DNA of 64,000 nt from Clostridia bacterium (GTDB taxonomy: Bacteria > Bacillota > Clostridia > TANB77 > CAG-508): positions 1,620-65,619 of the forward strand of contig JAFQQR010000044.1 in assembly GCA_017410505.1 (NCBI GenBank), read 5' to 3'. Shown one piece after another: positions 1-9,623 of this stretch. The notes beneath the pieces were generated by a model. The model saw only the letters and a list, made by a program, of their open reading frames with translations. It did not search any database and was not told where the DNA came from. Each line of letters starts with the position of its first letter. Positions within the stretch are counted from its first letter, which is position 1. Made by a program: the position numbers and the translations under genes.

Positions 1-3000
1 TCTTGCAACTGGTCTCTAAATCCATATGCTCCACCAGATTGATAAAACCCTGTTTTTCCTTGTAATCTACTTTGTATTATTTGATATACACACCATCCAT
101 TTAGGATTATATTCACTGATTCTAATGGTGTATATACTTGTAATCTTCCCAATAATTCTTTCCAATAATTTTTTACTTTTTCTAATTCTTGTCTACAATT
201 TTGTACTTTGCTATATTTATAGGCCATATTTTTGCTATCAATAATTGACTCTTCTGCTCCGAGTGTGAATATAATTTCTTTTTCTGATAAACTTTCAAGT
301 TCTACTTCTATTTCATATGCTATACATGGTTTCTTTCCTAAACTATTTTCATTATTTAAACTCGGTTTTCTTATTGCATCTGGATTCGCTAAATTTCCAC
401 TTCCTAAAAAGAATCTTTTATCTCCTGTATAGCTTTTTATTTTTTCACTATTTGATACATAAATAATGTCATTTCTAAATTCAGTATTATATAAATTTTG
501 AGCACATATTATATTATTATTTTTATCATACTTTAAGTCTATATAGCCATTTGCTCTTAATTCATCTTCTCCTAAAACTGGTTTTGCATAATATAGTATT
601 TTTAATCTTTTTCTCTTTAAGCTCATATTTTTTAGTTTTAAAATTTGAACTTTAACACTATCTTCTTTTGGTACAAACATTTCTAATTCTTGTTCTATTT
701 CATCACTTTTGTGAATATATTTAGCATATCCAAATCCATAAATAACATTATAATTTTTATCATCTGGCATAGGATTTTGTCCAAGTGACCATGCTTTTTT
801 AGTTTCTAAATCTTTTAAATATATTATTTCTGATGGAATATCAAAATTAGGCTGATTTTCCCACGATGTTACTCTATTTAGCCTACTATTTTTGTACCAG
901 GTGTATCCTCCCATATTTTCTGTAACTAAAGTTCCAAATTTTTCATTTGCCATTATATGTGACCATACTGTTGGTAGTTTATTTTCTTTATTTACTTTTA
1001 TTAGATATTCTTTTCCATCTTCTGAAAAGGCTCCATATTCATTATAATATTTTAGTTTTTCTGAATTTTGTAAAATATCTATATTTTCCGTATTTTCTGT
1101 TTCTATTAATATACTTTCTGCTTCATTTCCTATACTTTTGTATTTCTCAAGATATTCTTCTTCTAAATCTTTAAGTGAATTTTCTAATCCACCTTTACTT
1201 CCATCAATAACAATTCGTGCTAAAAATTTTAGTAAATCTAAATCTTCTCTGCTTATTTCATTTTTAGAAAGTTCAAAAATTCCACCTCTTATATTTTTTA
1301 AATATGCTAATTGACTGTTTAAAATTATTCCTTCTATTTCTTCTCTTACATAATTTTCATAACTATGTTTTTCTTCATCTATAATTACAAGTTCTGTTTC
1401 AAAATTTTTAGTTCTTATAAATTCATAGGCTTTTAAAACTTCTTTTACTACATAAGCATCATTTATATCTTTTATTTTTACTAAAATTATTGGTATATCT
1501 CCTGATATTCCATATTTCCATAATTCACTTTGTTCATATTTTCGTTTTGGCAATTTTTCTAAATTAATTTTTTTAGCTGGATTATTAAATATAATATAAG
1601 ATAACATTTTTTGATAATTTCTTATTTGCGTTCCTTTTATTCTTAAATATCTGCTCTGTGCTTCATTTTTTGCTTTCGATAATTCAAATGCTTTTTTTAC
1701 ATTTTCTTCTATTTTATATTTTTTTATATTTTCAATTGTTTTTTCTTTATCTTCTCCTACTGATATAAGTAGATTTATTGTTGTTTTTTGTTCTGGTTTT
1801 ATTTTCATTGTTCTTTTTAAGCTAACTACTGGTTCAGTGACAAGTCCTATTTTTTTAGAAAATGGGTTTGAATTTTTAACCATTTGAGGTATTCCTATGT
1901 TTCCTCTACCCATAAACTTTTCTTCATCTATTTCGTATTCTAAATCCCCAATTATTTCACTATGTGTACATAAATTTACACACATATATAATTCTTGTTC
2001 ATTTTCATCTCTCTTTTTTCTTTTTACAACAATGCTATTTGTTTCGTGGTCAAATTCAAATATTAAAAATAGATTGTTAAATGCAGGATGAGCATAATCT
2101 TGCTCTTTGTTTGAAAGTACTGGTTCAAAATGTGAAGTTATTTCTAAGATTTCTTCATCATTTCCTAAATTTTCTAATGTTACTTGCCTTATTTCAACAG
2201 GCTCATCTGGGGCCACAATAGTTTCTATTTTTGTTTTTATATTATCATTTAGCATTTCTTGTTCTATCTTGTCTGGCATAAAACTGATTTGATATTTGTT
2301 ATTTTTTCTATAGTTAGAACTCCATATTTTTTTTGATTTTATATTTTTAATATCAAAAAATATTCCTTGAGGGTAATCATCTGTGCTTTTAAATCTATTT
2401 ATAAATTTATTTTTATATACACTTATTCCTTCTCCCTTTTGATTCATTGCTATAAAATAATTTTCATTTGCTATTACATTTCCTCTAATTAGTCTTTCGT
2501 CTATTTTTTTATACGTATCTTGAATATAATCTTCATAATCTATATATTTTAATTTTTCTACTTTTTCTTTATTTTCTTTTGTTATTAGAGCTGTTTCAGG
2601 CATTCTTTCTTGTAACAATATATTTACTGCATTTATTTCTGGATTTTTTATAAATCTCTTTTGCAGAATATTATCATTAAATAAATTATTTATCGAAAGT
2701 AATATTAAACTTTGGTGATGTGCCATATAAGTTTTAACAATACTTGCTTGTGTTCCTTTTTCTAATCTTTCTGGTGTAAAGTCTATTGATTCATAAAATC
2801 CATATTTTCCATACATTCCATAATTTTCTAATATTTTTAAATTTTGATATACCTCTTTTGGATAATCTGTTATTGCTAAAACACTTCCATAAGTTGATAC
2901 TACCATTTCATCTGCTAATCCTCTTTTTAGTCCAAGCCAAGGTATTCCAAATGCTTTATATTGATAATTAGAATGTAAGTCTTTTAAATTAAATGCCGCT

Positions 3001-6000
3001 TCTGATATTCCCCATGGTATTTGCAATTTTTTTGCATATGCCATTTGACACATTACCATAAATTTGCATGATTCGTCTAAAAGACTTCCTTCATATTTTG
3101 GAATATTTATATTGGGCATTAAATATTCAAATGATGTTCCAGACCAAGATATTAAACCTTTATATTTTCCAAATGTAGTTAAAGTTCTACTTAATGAATT
3201 CCAATGTTTTGCAGGTACATCTTTTTTAGCTATTGCTACTAAACTTGCTTGTCTTGCTTCTGATGCTAATAAATCATAATATGAATTTGTTAACTTATTT
3301 TCCTCTATATTAAATCCAATTGAGAATATTCTTTGTTCTTTACAATATAAGTGTGAAAAATCCGTATTTTTTATTAATTTGTCAACAATTTCTAGTAGCG
3401 TTTTTATTTCGTAGGTCGTAGTTCTGATGTCTGACATCTGACTTCCGAAATCGACTTCTGACATCTCTTCTAACCAAGCCTTCACAACATATAAATATCC
3501 AACAAAATTTCCGCTATCAACTGTTGATACATACCTCGGAATTAGTGGTTCTTTTGACTCTGTACTGTACCAGTTGTATAAATGTCCATTCCATTTTTGC
3601 AACCCCTCTATGGTATAAATTATATTTTTTAATAATTCTATTGCTTGCTTATATTCTATATATCCTAAATCATGTGCAGAAATTACTGCTAACATTGATA
3701 AACCAATATTTGTTGACGAAGTTCTTTTTACAATTTTGTTTTTTCTTCCTTCTTGATAATTATCTGGTATTAAATAATTATTTTCTTCATTCAAATATTT
3801 CTCGAAAAATTCCCATGTTTTTCTTCCTACATCCAAAATATATTGTTGTTCTTTTTGTGTCAATATTTCTAATGATGCTTTCTCTTCTCTTTCCTTACTT
3901 ATATACCACATTATGATAGGAGTAATTATCCATAAAAGTCCTAAAATAAATGATAATATATTTTTATACTGTATATATATTATAAGTGTAATTACTCCCA
4001 ATATAACATTTATTAACATATTTTTGTAATACGATATTAAATCTGTTTTTGCTGTTTTTTCAGCTTCTTCTGATGTTGTCCACTCTAATAAATTTTTATG
4101 TGTAATTATTAGTCTATATAGTGTCTTTGATATAGCCTTTAAGCTTAAATATGCTTTATATGGCAGACATCCAAGAGAAATTACTGTTCTTAGTAATATT
4201 CCCTTTAACCCAGAAATTTTTGGAGTAAATGTTTTTTGTTTTTCTTCTCCTTCTTTTATTCCTATTAAATAATTAAATAATTCTAATATATATGGTATTA
4301 TAACAATTCCTACGAGTAATATTGAAATTTTTGATATATTAATATTATAAAAACATTTAATTATATTTATATATACTAATCCTATTAGTATTGAAATCTC
4401 AAATAAACTTCTTCTTAGATTATCAATTATTTTATATTTTGATAACAAATTTAATGGACTTTTGCGACTTAACCATTTAATAATTTGCCAATCTCCTCTA
4501 ATCCATCTAGAAAGTCTATTCATGAAACTTGTGTATTTTGTAGGATAACCATCCATTAACATTACATCTGATACTAGACCACATCTTAAATAACATCCTT
4601 CTAATAAATCATGGCTTAATACTGTATTTTCCGGTATGCTATTTTTTAAAACTTTCGAAAATACCTTTAAATCATATATTCCCTTTCCTGTAAAAATTCC
4701 TTCTTTAAAATTGTCTTGATATATATCTGAAATTGCATTTGTATAACTGTCTATCCCTCCTGCTCCTGCAAATATTTTTGTGAATATTGTTTTATAACTT
4801 ATATCTAAATTGATCCCTACTCTTGGCTGCATTATTCCATATCCGTCTATTACTATGTTTTTTTGTTCATCTATTACAGGTGTATTTAAAATGTGTGCCA
4901 TTGCTCCAATTAATTCTAAACCTGAGTTTAATACTAAATCCGTATCTGCATCTAATGTTATTATATATTTAATATTTTTTAATACTCCTTTTACTTGCTC
5001 ATTTTCTATTTGTTCTTGTATTGTATTTATTTTAAATGGATTTTTTAAATGTAAAATATATTCATTAAATTGATTTAATAAACCTCTTTTTCGCTCCCAA
5101 CCTAAATAACATCCTTCTTTTTCATTCCATACTCTTTCTCTATATATAAAACTAAATATTGGGAATTCTTCATTTTGATATTTTTCATTTAACTTTTGTA
5201 CTTGTTTTTTTCCTTCTTGAATTACTTCTTCATCAAATTTTTCTTGTTTATTACTACTTTGTGAACAATCTCCTAATAAGACAAAATATAAATTTTTAGA
5301 TTTGTTTGCTAAATAGTATCTTTCTAAGTTTTCCATCATTTCTTGAACTTTTTCTTTATTTTTTAAAATTGTTGGTATGACTACTATAGTGGAATTTTCT
5401 TTATCTACACCATTTGAGAAATCAATTTTTGGTATTAATTTTGGTTTTACTATTTTATTTAGAATATATTGAATTATTTGAATGACTATTTCGCTTGATG
5501 GTATCAAAAATACTAAAAAACTTAATATTGCTATTCCTGTATTTTTTATTTTTAAATTTAATAGATAACTTAATAGCATTGAAACTAATATGCTAAAAGT
5601 TGAGATTGCTAAGATATATGTTTTTGTTTTGTTTTGTTCAGTGTCTTCTTTCTTTAAAGTATATTCTAATCTGTCATATAATTTATTAATTCCTTTATCT
5701 ATTAAATAGTATCCTATGTGTGATTGTTTACTATGTCCTTCTTTTTCAAAATTTTCTTGTGCTAGTTCTAGCATTTTTCTTGCTATATATATTTCAGATA
5801 TTTTACTTTTTTTGCTTACTTCTTTTATTTTCCCTCTATAATATTCTTTTGTTTTATGATCCATTTTATTATAAATTTGAACAGGGTCTTTTTTTAGTAT
5901 TTCTTCTACTCCATTTATTTTTTCAAATATTTCTAAAAAGTTTATTCTTTGTGTTTCTTTTATACTTGTTATACTATTTCCTATTAATACTTTTTGAAGA

Positions 6001-6806
6001 GCTATATCAAAATGTTCTTTTTTTATTACATCAGATACTGTTGTGCCTAGCTTTTCTACTACTTCTTCTAGTATATTTAAATATGCATTTGCTTTTTTTC
6101 CATATCTTTTTAAGATATATGACATATATTCTATAAATGGATATCTCATGTCTTGAAGTATTTCTTTTTCTATTTTTTTGTTATTATTTTTGAATTTGAT
6201 TTCTGTTTTATCCTTGTTTTCTATTAATCTTTCTACAATATTTTCTGCTCTATATTTCTGCATTTGACTACTATATATTTTTGCACATACTTCAGTTATA
6301 TTTTCTATTATCGCTATTTGAAGAAACATTCCTATATTCCAGATTTCATCCATACTTAGTGTTTTTTTACTTTGATAGCTTATTAAATAATCTTCTAATT
6401 TTTCTCTTTCTATTTTGTTATCTGAATATGCAACTATTTCTGATGCTAATACATATATTCTTGCAAATCCTCTATATTCTCCATTTGCTATTCCTACAAA
6501 ATTTGTGTATTTATTTAATGGTAGTTCTTTTTGAATTTGTTTGACTGTTTCTTCTATTATATAAAAATTATCTAATAACCATTCTCCTGCTGGATGTATA
6601 TTTATTCCTAATTTTAGGTGTTCATTTAGTACGTTATATACTTCTTCTATGGTTTTGAAATTTTCTAATAGTTGTGGTATTGGATATGTGTCTTTTTGTG
6701 ATTTTGATGTTATATTATGGCTTGATGCTATTTTTTCTAAGTGTTTCTCTAATTGGCTTTTTTCTAACATTGTTCCTGTTATTTTTAGTTTTCTATTTTC
6801 TTTCAA
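1..6806 (-). CDS. Cyclic beta-1,2-glucan synthase-like giant glycosyltransferase/glycan phosphorylase (GT84 + GH94 type, NdvB/ChvB-like). Partial: the 3' end runs off the left edge, with more than 2260 codons present.
   Basis: My own minus-strand translation is free of stops from 6806 to 1. The gene is missing from the ORF track only because it is open at the window edge. N-terminus reads LKENRKLKITGTMLEKSQLEKHLEKIASSH. It has TM segments, a GT core IKYIITLDADTDLVLNSGLELIGAMAHILN, YYDLLASEARQASLVAIA, and SGGAYGFRDQLQ at the edge. RBS GGAGTGGG at 6813-6820, start TTG at 6806 (alternative ATG at 6770). All plus-strand ORFs listed in 26-6894 are antisense shadows. Confidence 0.85.
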   Translation of the reverse strand, partial: MKENRKLKITGTMLEKSQLEKHLEKIASSHNITSKSQKDTYPIPQLLENFKTIEEVYNVLNEHLKLGINIHPAGEWLLDNFYIIEETVKQIQKELPLNKYTNFVGIANGEYRGFARIYVLASEIVAYSDNKIEREKLEDYLISYQSKKTLSMDEIWNIGMFLQIAIIENITEVCAKIYSSQMQKYRAENIVERLIENKDKTEIKFKNNNKKIEKEILQDMRYPFIEYMSYILKRYGKKANAYLNILEEVVEKLGTTVSDVIKKEHFDIALQKVLIGNSITSIKETQRINFLEIFEKINGVEEILKKDPVQIYNKMDHKTKEYYRGKIKEVSKKSKISEIYIARKMLELAQENFEKEGHSKQSHIGYYLIDKGINKLYDRLEYTLKKEDTEQNKTKTYILAISTFSILVSMLLSYLLNLKIKNTGIAILSFLVFLIPSSEIVIQIIQYILNKIVKPKLIPKIDFSNGVDKENSTIVVIPTILKNKEKVQEMMENLERYYLANKSKNLYFVLLGDCSQSSNKQEKFDEEVIQEGKKQVQKLNEKYQNEEFPIFSFIYRERVWNEKEGCYLGWERKRGLLNQFNEYILHLKNPFKINTIQEQIENEQVKGVLKNIKYIITLDADTDLVLNSGLELIGAMAHILNTPVIDEQKNIVIDGYGIMQPRVGINLDISYKTIFTKIFAGAGGIDSYTNAISDIYQDNFKEGIFTGKGIYDLKVFSKVLKNSIPENTVLSHDLLEGCYLRCGLVSDVMLMDGYPTKYTSFMNRLSRWIRGDWQIIKWLSRKSPLNLLSKYKIIDNLRRSLFEISILIGLVYINIIKCFYNINISKISILLVGIVIIPYILELFNYLIGIKEGEEKQKTFTPKISGLKGILLRTVISLGCLPYKAYLSLKAISKTLYRLIITHKNLLEWTTSEEAEKTAKTDLISYYKNMLINVILGVITLIIYIQYKNILSFILGLLWIITPIIMWYISKEREEKASLEILTQKEQQYILDVGRKTWEFFEKYLNEENNYLIPDNYQEGRKNKIVKRTSSTNIGLSMLAVISAHDLGYIEYKQAIELLKNIIYTIEGLQKWNGHLYNWYSTESKEPLIPRYVSTVDSGNFVGYLYVVKAWLEEMSEVDFGSQMSDIRTTTYEIKTLLEIVDKLIKNTDFSHLYCKEQRIFSIGFNIEENKLTNSYYDLLASEARQASLVAIAKKDVPAKHWNSLSRTLTTFGKYKGLISWSGTSFEYLMPNINIPKYEGSLLDESCKFMVMCQMAYAKKLQIPWGISEAAFNLKDLHSNYQYKAFGIPWLGLKRGLADEMVVSTYGSVLAITDYPKEVYQNLKILENYGMYGKYGFYESIDFTPERLEKGTQASIVKTYMAHHQSLILLSINNLFNDNILQKRFIKNPEINAVNILLQERMPETALITKENKEKVEKLKYIDYEDYIQDTYKKIDERLIRGNVIANENYFIAMNQKGEGISVYKNKFINRFKSTDDYPQGIFFDIKNIKSKKIWSSNYRKNNKYQISFMPDKIEQEMLNDNIKTKIETIVAPDEPVEIRQVTLENLGNDEEILEITSHFEPVLSNKEQDYAHPAFNNLFLIFEFDHETNSIVVKRKKRDENEQELYMCVNLCTHSEIIGDLEYEIDEEKFMGRGNIGIPQMVKNSNPFSKKIGLVTEPVVSLKRTMKIKPEQKTTINLLISVGEDKEKTIENIKKYKIEENVKKAFELSKAKNEAQSRYLRIKGTQIRNYQKMLSYIIFNNPAKKINLEKLPKRKYEQSELWKYGISGDIPIILVKIKDINDAYVVKEVLKAYEFIRTKNFETELVIIDEEKHSYENYVREEIEGIILNSQLAYLKNIRGGIFELSKNEISREDLDLLKFLARIVIDGSKGGLENSLKDLEEEYLEKYKSIGNEAESILIETENTENIDILQNSEKLKYYNEYGAFSEDGKEYLIKVNKENKLPTVWSHIMANEKFGTLVTENMGGYTWYKNSRLNRVTSWENQPNFDIPSEIIYLKDLETKKAWSLGQNPMPDDKNYNVIYGFGYAKYIHKSDEIEQELEMFVPKEDSVKVQILKLKNMSLKRKRLKILYYAKPVLGEDELRANGYIDLKYDKNNNIICAQNLYNTEFRNDIIYVSNSEKIKSYTGDKRFFLGSGNLANPDAIRKPSLNNENSLGKKPCIAYEIEVELESLSEKEIIFTLGAEESIIDSKNMAYKYSKVQNCRQELEKVKNYWKELLGRLQVYTPLESVNIILNGWCVYQIIQSRLQGKTGFYQSGGAYGFRDQLQ

Positions 6807-6906
6807 AAAAATCCCACTCCTTGCAAACGTTTTTTGTTTTTATTGTTTGCTAAAGAGTGGTAATTTATACATTTTTTATTTATTTTCGATATAAAAAGAT
6901 TCGCTA

Positions 6907-7161
6907 TTAGCGAATCTTTCTTTGGAGTTTACGTCTGTAATCCGTAGCTAGGATTTTATCTAATGCTGCTATAGAACATACAATCATTATGTCTCCTATA
7001 AACAGACCGTATGCGATAATAGTGGTTATTACCCATTCTATACCGCTATCAAATCCTGGTGCAATGTGACAGATATTACAAATAGTTATTATAATACCTA
7101 AAATCAACACTGCTATTGCTAGGATTATATCCCGTAATTTTCTTATTTGATGTTTTTTCAT
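6907..7161 (-). CDS. Small membrane protein with two TM segments (84 aa), function unknown. Contains an in-frame CGG codon at 7132-7134.
   Basis: ORF-track ORF. RBS GGGAG lies about 8 nt upstream of the ATG at 7161. Two hydrophobic helices. No family recognised. Confidence 0.5.
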   Translation of the reverse strand: MKKHQIRKLRDIILAIAVLILGIIITICNICHIAPGFDSGIEWVITTIIAYGLFIGDIMIVCSIAALDKILATDYRRKLQRKIR

Positions 7162-7318
7162 GATAATCTCCCTTTCTTCTTGGCTATATCTAGCCGAATT
7201 TTTACAATGTGTATAGATATATTATAACATATCTTTACATAAAATGCAAAATTTTTTATATTTTAAAATTTTTTGTCATTTTTTCATTTTTTTTCATATT
7301 ATATAATAATCAAACATT

Positions 7319-8197
7319 ATGTTTGAAAAAAGAAAGGATGTATGTATTATGGAAATGGATGGTAGAAAACCTTTTTGTCCAATAATGGATGTTGATGGTG
7401 TTGTATCAGGCGGAAAACAATTTGATTTAGATATAACTTTACCAGAAGATAACAGAGATGTTATATATGGTGTTATAAGAGATTGTTTCAAAGAGCCAGT
7501 ACGTGATGCTGTTATTAAATTAACAGAAATCGTATATGATTGTGGTAAAGAAGAAAGAAGACCTATTGGTCATACTTTTACTGATGAAGAAGGAGAATTT
7601 GTTTTTGGTCCTCTTTGCCCTGATAGACATTATGCAATTCAAATTTGGGCAAATACAACTAAAAAGATAAATGTTTGTGCTAAATGTCATCATGAAGGTA
7701 AATGTTTAAAGGGCGAAAAACATGATAAATGTGATTGCTTTATAGACGAGAAGAAACCTTGCCACAAAGAAGATAAGTATGATTACTTCAAAGATGATAA
7801 AAAACCTTATTATGAAGAAGATAAATGCGAATGTTTTAAAGATGACAAGAAGCATGAATATAAAGAGGATAAATGCGAGTGCTTCAAAGATGACAAAAAA
7901 GATGACCATAAAGAAGATAAATGCAAATGTTTCAAAGATGACAAAAAAGATGACTATAAAGAAGATAAATGTAAATGTTTCAAAGACGACAAAAAAGATG
8001 ACTATAAAGAAGATAAATGCAAATGTTTTAAAGATGACAAAAAAGATGACTATAAAGAAGATAAATGCAAATGTTTCAAAGATGACAAAAAAGATGACTA
8101 TAAAGAAGATAAATGCGAATGTTTCAAAGATGATAAAAAATATGATTATAAAGAAGAAAAATATGAAAATTATAAAAATAAATGTTTTAGAAGATAA
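7319..8197 (+). CDS. Cys/Lys/Asp-rich tandem-repeat protein with an N-terminal carboxypeptidase-regulatory-like (prealbumin fold) domain. Possibly a spore coat or exosporium protein.
   Basis: The N-terminus VIYGVIRDCFKEPVRDAVIKL...TFTDEEGEFVFGPLCPDRHYAIQIW fits the CarboxypepD_reg pattern. It is followed by about 10 units of KEDKC(K/E)CFKDDKKDDY. The likely start is the ATG at 7349 (RBS AGAAAGGA at 7331-7338) rather than 7319. A CATAttaTA element near 7296 resembles a sigma-K -10 box (weak evidence). Confidence 0.75.
   Translation: MFEKRKDVCIMEMDGRKPFCPIMDVDGVVSGGKQFDLDITLPEDNRDVIYGVIRDCFKEPVRDAVIKLTEIVYDCGKEERRPIGHTFTDEEGEFVFGPLCPDRHYAIQIWANTTKKINVCAKCHHEGKCLKGEKHDKCDCFIDEKKPCHKEDKYDYFKDDKKPYYEEDKCECFKDDKKHEYKEDKCECFKDDKKDDHKEDKCKCFKDDKKDDYKEDKCKCFKDDKKDDYKEDKCKCFKDDKKDDYKEDKCKCFKDDKKDDYKEDKCECFKDDKKYDYKEEKYENYKNKCFRR
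7766..8149 (+). repeat. Tandem repeat with a 48-bp period (16 aa), 8 clear units. The 4 central units (7910-8101) are nearly identical at DNA level.
   Basis: Read directly: aaagaagataaatgcaaatgtttcaaagatgacaaaaaagatgactat repeats head to tail and in frame within the CDS 7319-8197. The ORFs 7706-8227(-) and 7779-8243(+) are artefacts of this repeat. Confidence 0.95.
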
Positions 8198-8339
8198 AAT
8201 GCTAAGTACCTTTTTTAATAAGGTCACATTGTTTAATAATTAATATTTTAAAAGTTGCTAGTGGGGACGCATAAGTTATCTGCAACAAGCCAAACTTTAT
8301 CAAATAACTAGAAAATTGGCGTCCCTTTTGACAACTTTA

Positions 8340-8480
8340 TTACATAATTCCCATTTTTTTTGCAAATTGCTTTCCTTTTTTCATCATTTTATTTTTGTTC
8401 ATCATATTTGTATCATTATACATCATTAATAACCCTGTTGTGATTAATCCACCTATTAATAAGCCCTTTGTAAATTTCAT
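8340..8480 (-). CDS. Small hypothetical protein (46 aa, MKFTKGLLIGGLITTGLLMMYNDTNMMNKNKMMKKGKQFAKKMGIM)
   Basis: Not in the ORF track because it is short. RBS GGAAAGGA lies 9 nt upstream of the ATG at 8480. One hydrophobic segment followed by a basic tail. Convergent with the repeat-protein gene. Confidence 0.35.
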   Translation of the reverse strand: MKFTKGLLIGGLITTGLLMMYNDTNMMNKNKMMKKGKQFAKKMGIM

Positions 8481-8503
8481 ATTTATCAATCCTTTCCAAC
8501 TTT

Positions 8504-8887
8504 TTATTTATTTTCCCTCATTTTTGTTTTTTTATTCTCTTTTATGATGGTATATATTTCATGAATAGCAATAATTGCTAAAAAGATTCCAAAATATTTC
8601 CTTAAAACATTTACGTCTGTGTGAATTGATAAGTTTGCTCCTATAATTGCCCCTAGTATTCCAAATATTGATATTACTGTTGCTAATTTTAAGTCTATAT
8701 TTTTGTTTTTTATATTTACAATTATTGCTACAATTGATGTTGGTATGAAAAATATTAAATTTGTTGCTTGAGCTATATGTTGCTGTAGTCCACACATAAA
8801 TGTTAATAGAAATATCAGTATGGTTCCTCCACCCATTCCTGTTCCACTTACAATTCCAGAAATAAGTCCTATAATTATTTCTTTCAT
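8504..8887 (-). CDS. Half-size TSUP (TauE/SafE family) membrane transporter subunit
   Basis: 127 aa with 4 predicted TM segments. The N-terminal GLISGIVSGTGMGGGTILIF Gly-rich motif is typical of TauE/SafE. Confidence 0.75.
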   Translation of the reverse strand: MKEIIIGLISGIVSGTGMGGGTILIFLLTFMCGLQQHIAQATNLIFFIPTSIVAIIVNIKNKNIDLKLATVISIFGILGAIIGANLSIHTDVNVLRKYFGIFLAIIAIHEIYTIIKENKKTKMRENK

Positions 8888-9109
8888 TTATTCCTCCATT
8901 TTATGTGTTTCTTTATTTTTTAAAGTTTTAAACATTTCTTCTGCAATATTTGTTATACATTTATCACATTTAAGCATTTGACTTATTATTGATTTTTTTA
9001 GATTTTCATCTTGTATATTATCAGCTAAATCTAAAAATTTCTGCAATTCAAATAAATATTGCGAGTTCTTATTTTTCCATCTACTTTTTTCTAAAAATTT
9101 ATTCTCCAT
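8888..9109 (-). CDS. Hypothetical 73-aa protein located between the two TSUP half-genes
   Basis: ORF-track ORF directly abutting 8887. Contains a CDKC motif. No family recognised. Confidence 0.5.
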   Translation of the reverse strand: MENKFLEKSRWKNKNSQYLFELQKFLDLADNIQDENLKKSIISQMLKCDKCITNIAEEMFKTLKNKETHKMEE

Positions 9110-9218
9110 CGTTCACTTCCTTTTTTGAAATCACTATTAACCTTATGCTATTTTTTCTATTTTTTCCACTTTTTTTCATAAAAACCTATTTTTAATATAT
9201 AACTATATATGTTGCATT

Positions 9219-9579
9219 TTACTTAAGTATCATTTTTAGTGATACATAAATCAAAAATGCTGTAAATGCTATTTTAAAAATTTTATCTGGTAATTTCTTT
9301 AAGAGTTTTGCTCCTATATATCCCCCAATTGCTCCTCCAGCTCCACATAATATTGCTATTTTCCAGTCTATAAAATTGCTTTGATAATAGAAAAAACTGC
9401 TTGTTACTACCATTGGTAGTATACAAAATACTGACGTTCCTCTTGCTTTTTGAGGTTCCATATTTAGCATATAAATAAATCCAGGAACTAGTATTAATCC
9501 TCCTCCTGTTGAAAAAAATCCGACTTATGATTCCTGCTAAAAAACCTATAATTATTTGTTTAATATATTTTTTTAACAT
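9219..9579 (-). pseudogene. Second half-size TSUP (TauE/SafE) transporter subunit, interrupted by a +1 frameshift at in-frame CGG (complement 9520-9522)
   Basis: ORF 9283-9579 gives MLKKYIKQIIIGFLAGIIS-R-IFFNRRR (nonsense after the R). Skipping C9522 gives ...GIIS-G-FFSTGGGLILVPGFIYMLNMEPQKARGTSVF..., which runs in frame into ORF 9219-9470 (9521-9470=51). Confidence 0.85.
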
Positions 9580-9623
9580 AAAAACAACCTACTTTTATAG
9601 TAGGTTTTCCATTTTTTTAAATT

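Noticed and set aside
3405-3475. GC-rich patch of about 60 nt with gtcaga repeats and a small palindrome (gatgtctgacatc) inside the glucan synthase gene
   Set aside because: It stays in frame (..EEMSEVDFGSQMSDIRTTTYEIK..) and does not disrupt the protein. I cannot distinguish a small in-frame insertion from ordinary linker variation without homologue alignment.
26-6894. About 15 plus-strand ORFs (61-138 aa) listed in the ORF track across the first 6.9 kb
   Set aside because: They are Leu/Phe/Ile-rich antisense shadows of the single giant minus-strand glucan-synthase-like gene, which reads without stops through the whole region.
7766-8149. Possibility that the regular 48-bp repeats are a CRISPR array
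   Set aside because: The units are contiguous with no spacers. They are in frame within a CDS and encode a coherent 16-aa peptide repeat. No cas genes are present.
7706-8243. ORFs 7706-8227(-) and 7779-8243(+) overlapping the repeat protein gene
   Set aside because: These are alternative-frame and antisense readings of the 48-bp tandem repeat. They have no RBS, and their periodic low-complexity sequence is generated by the repeat itself.
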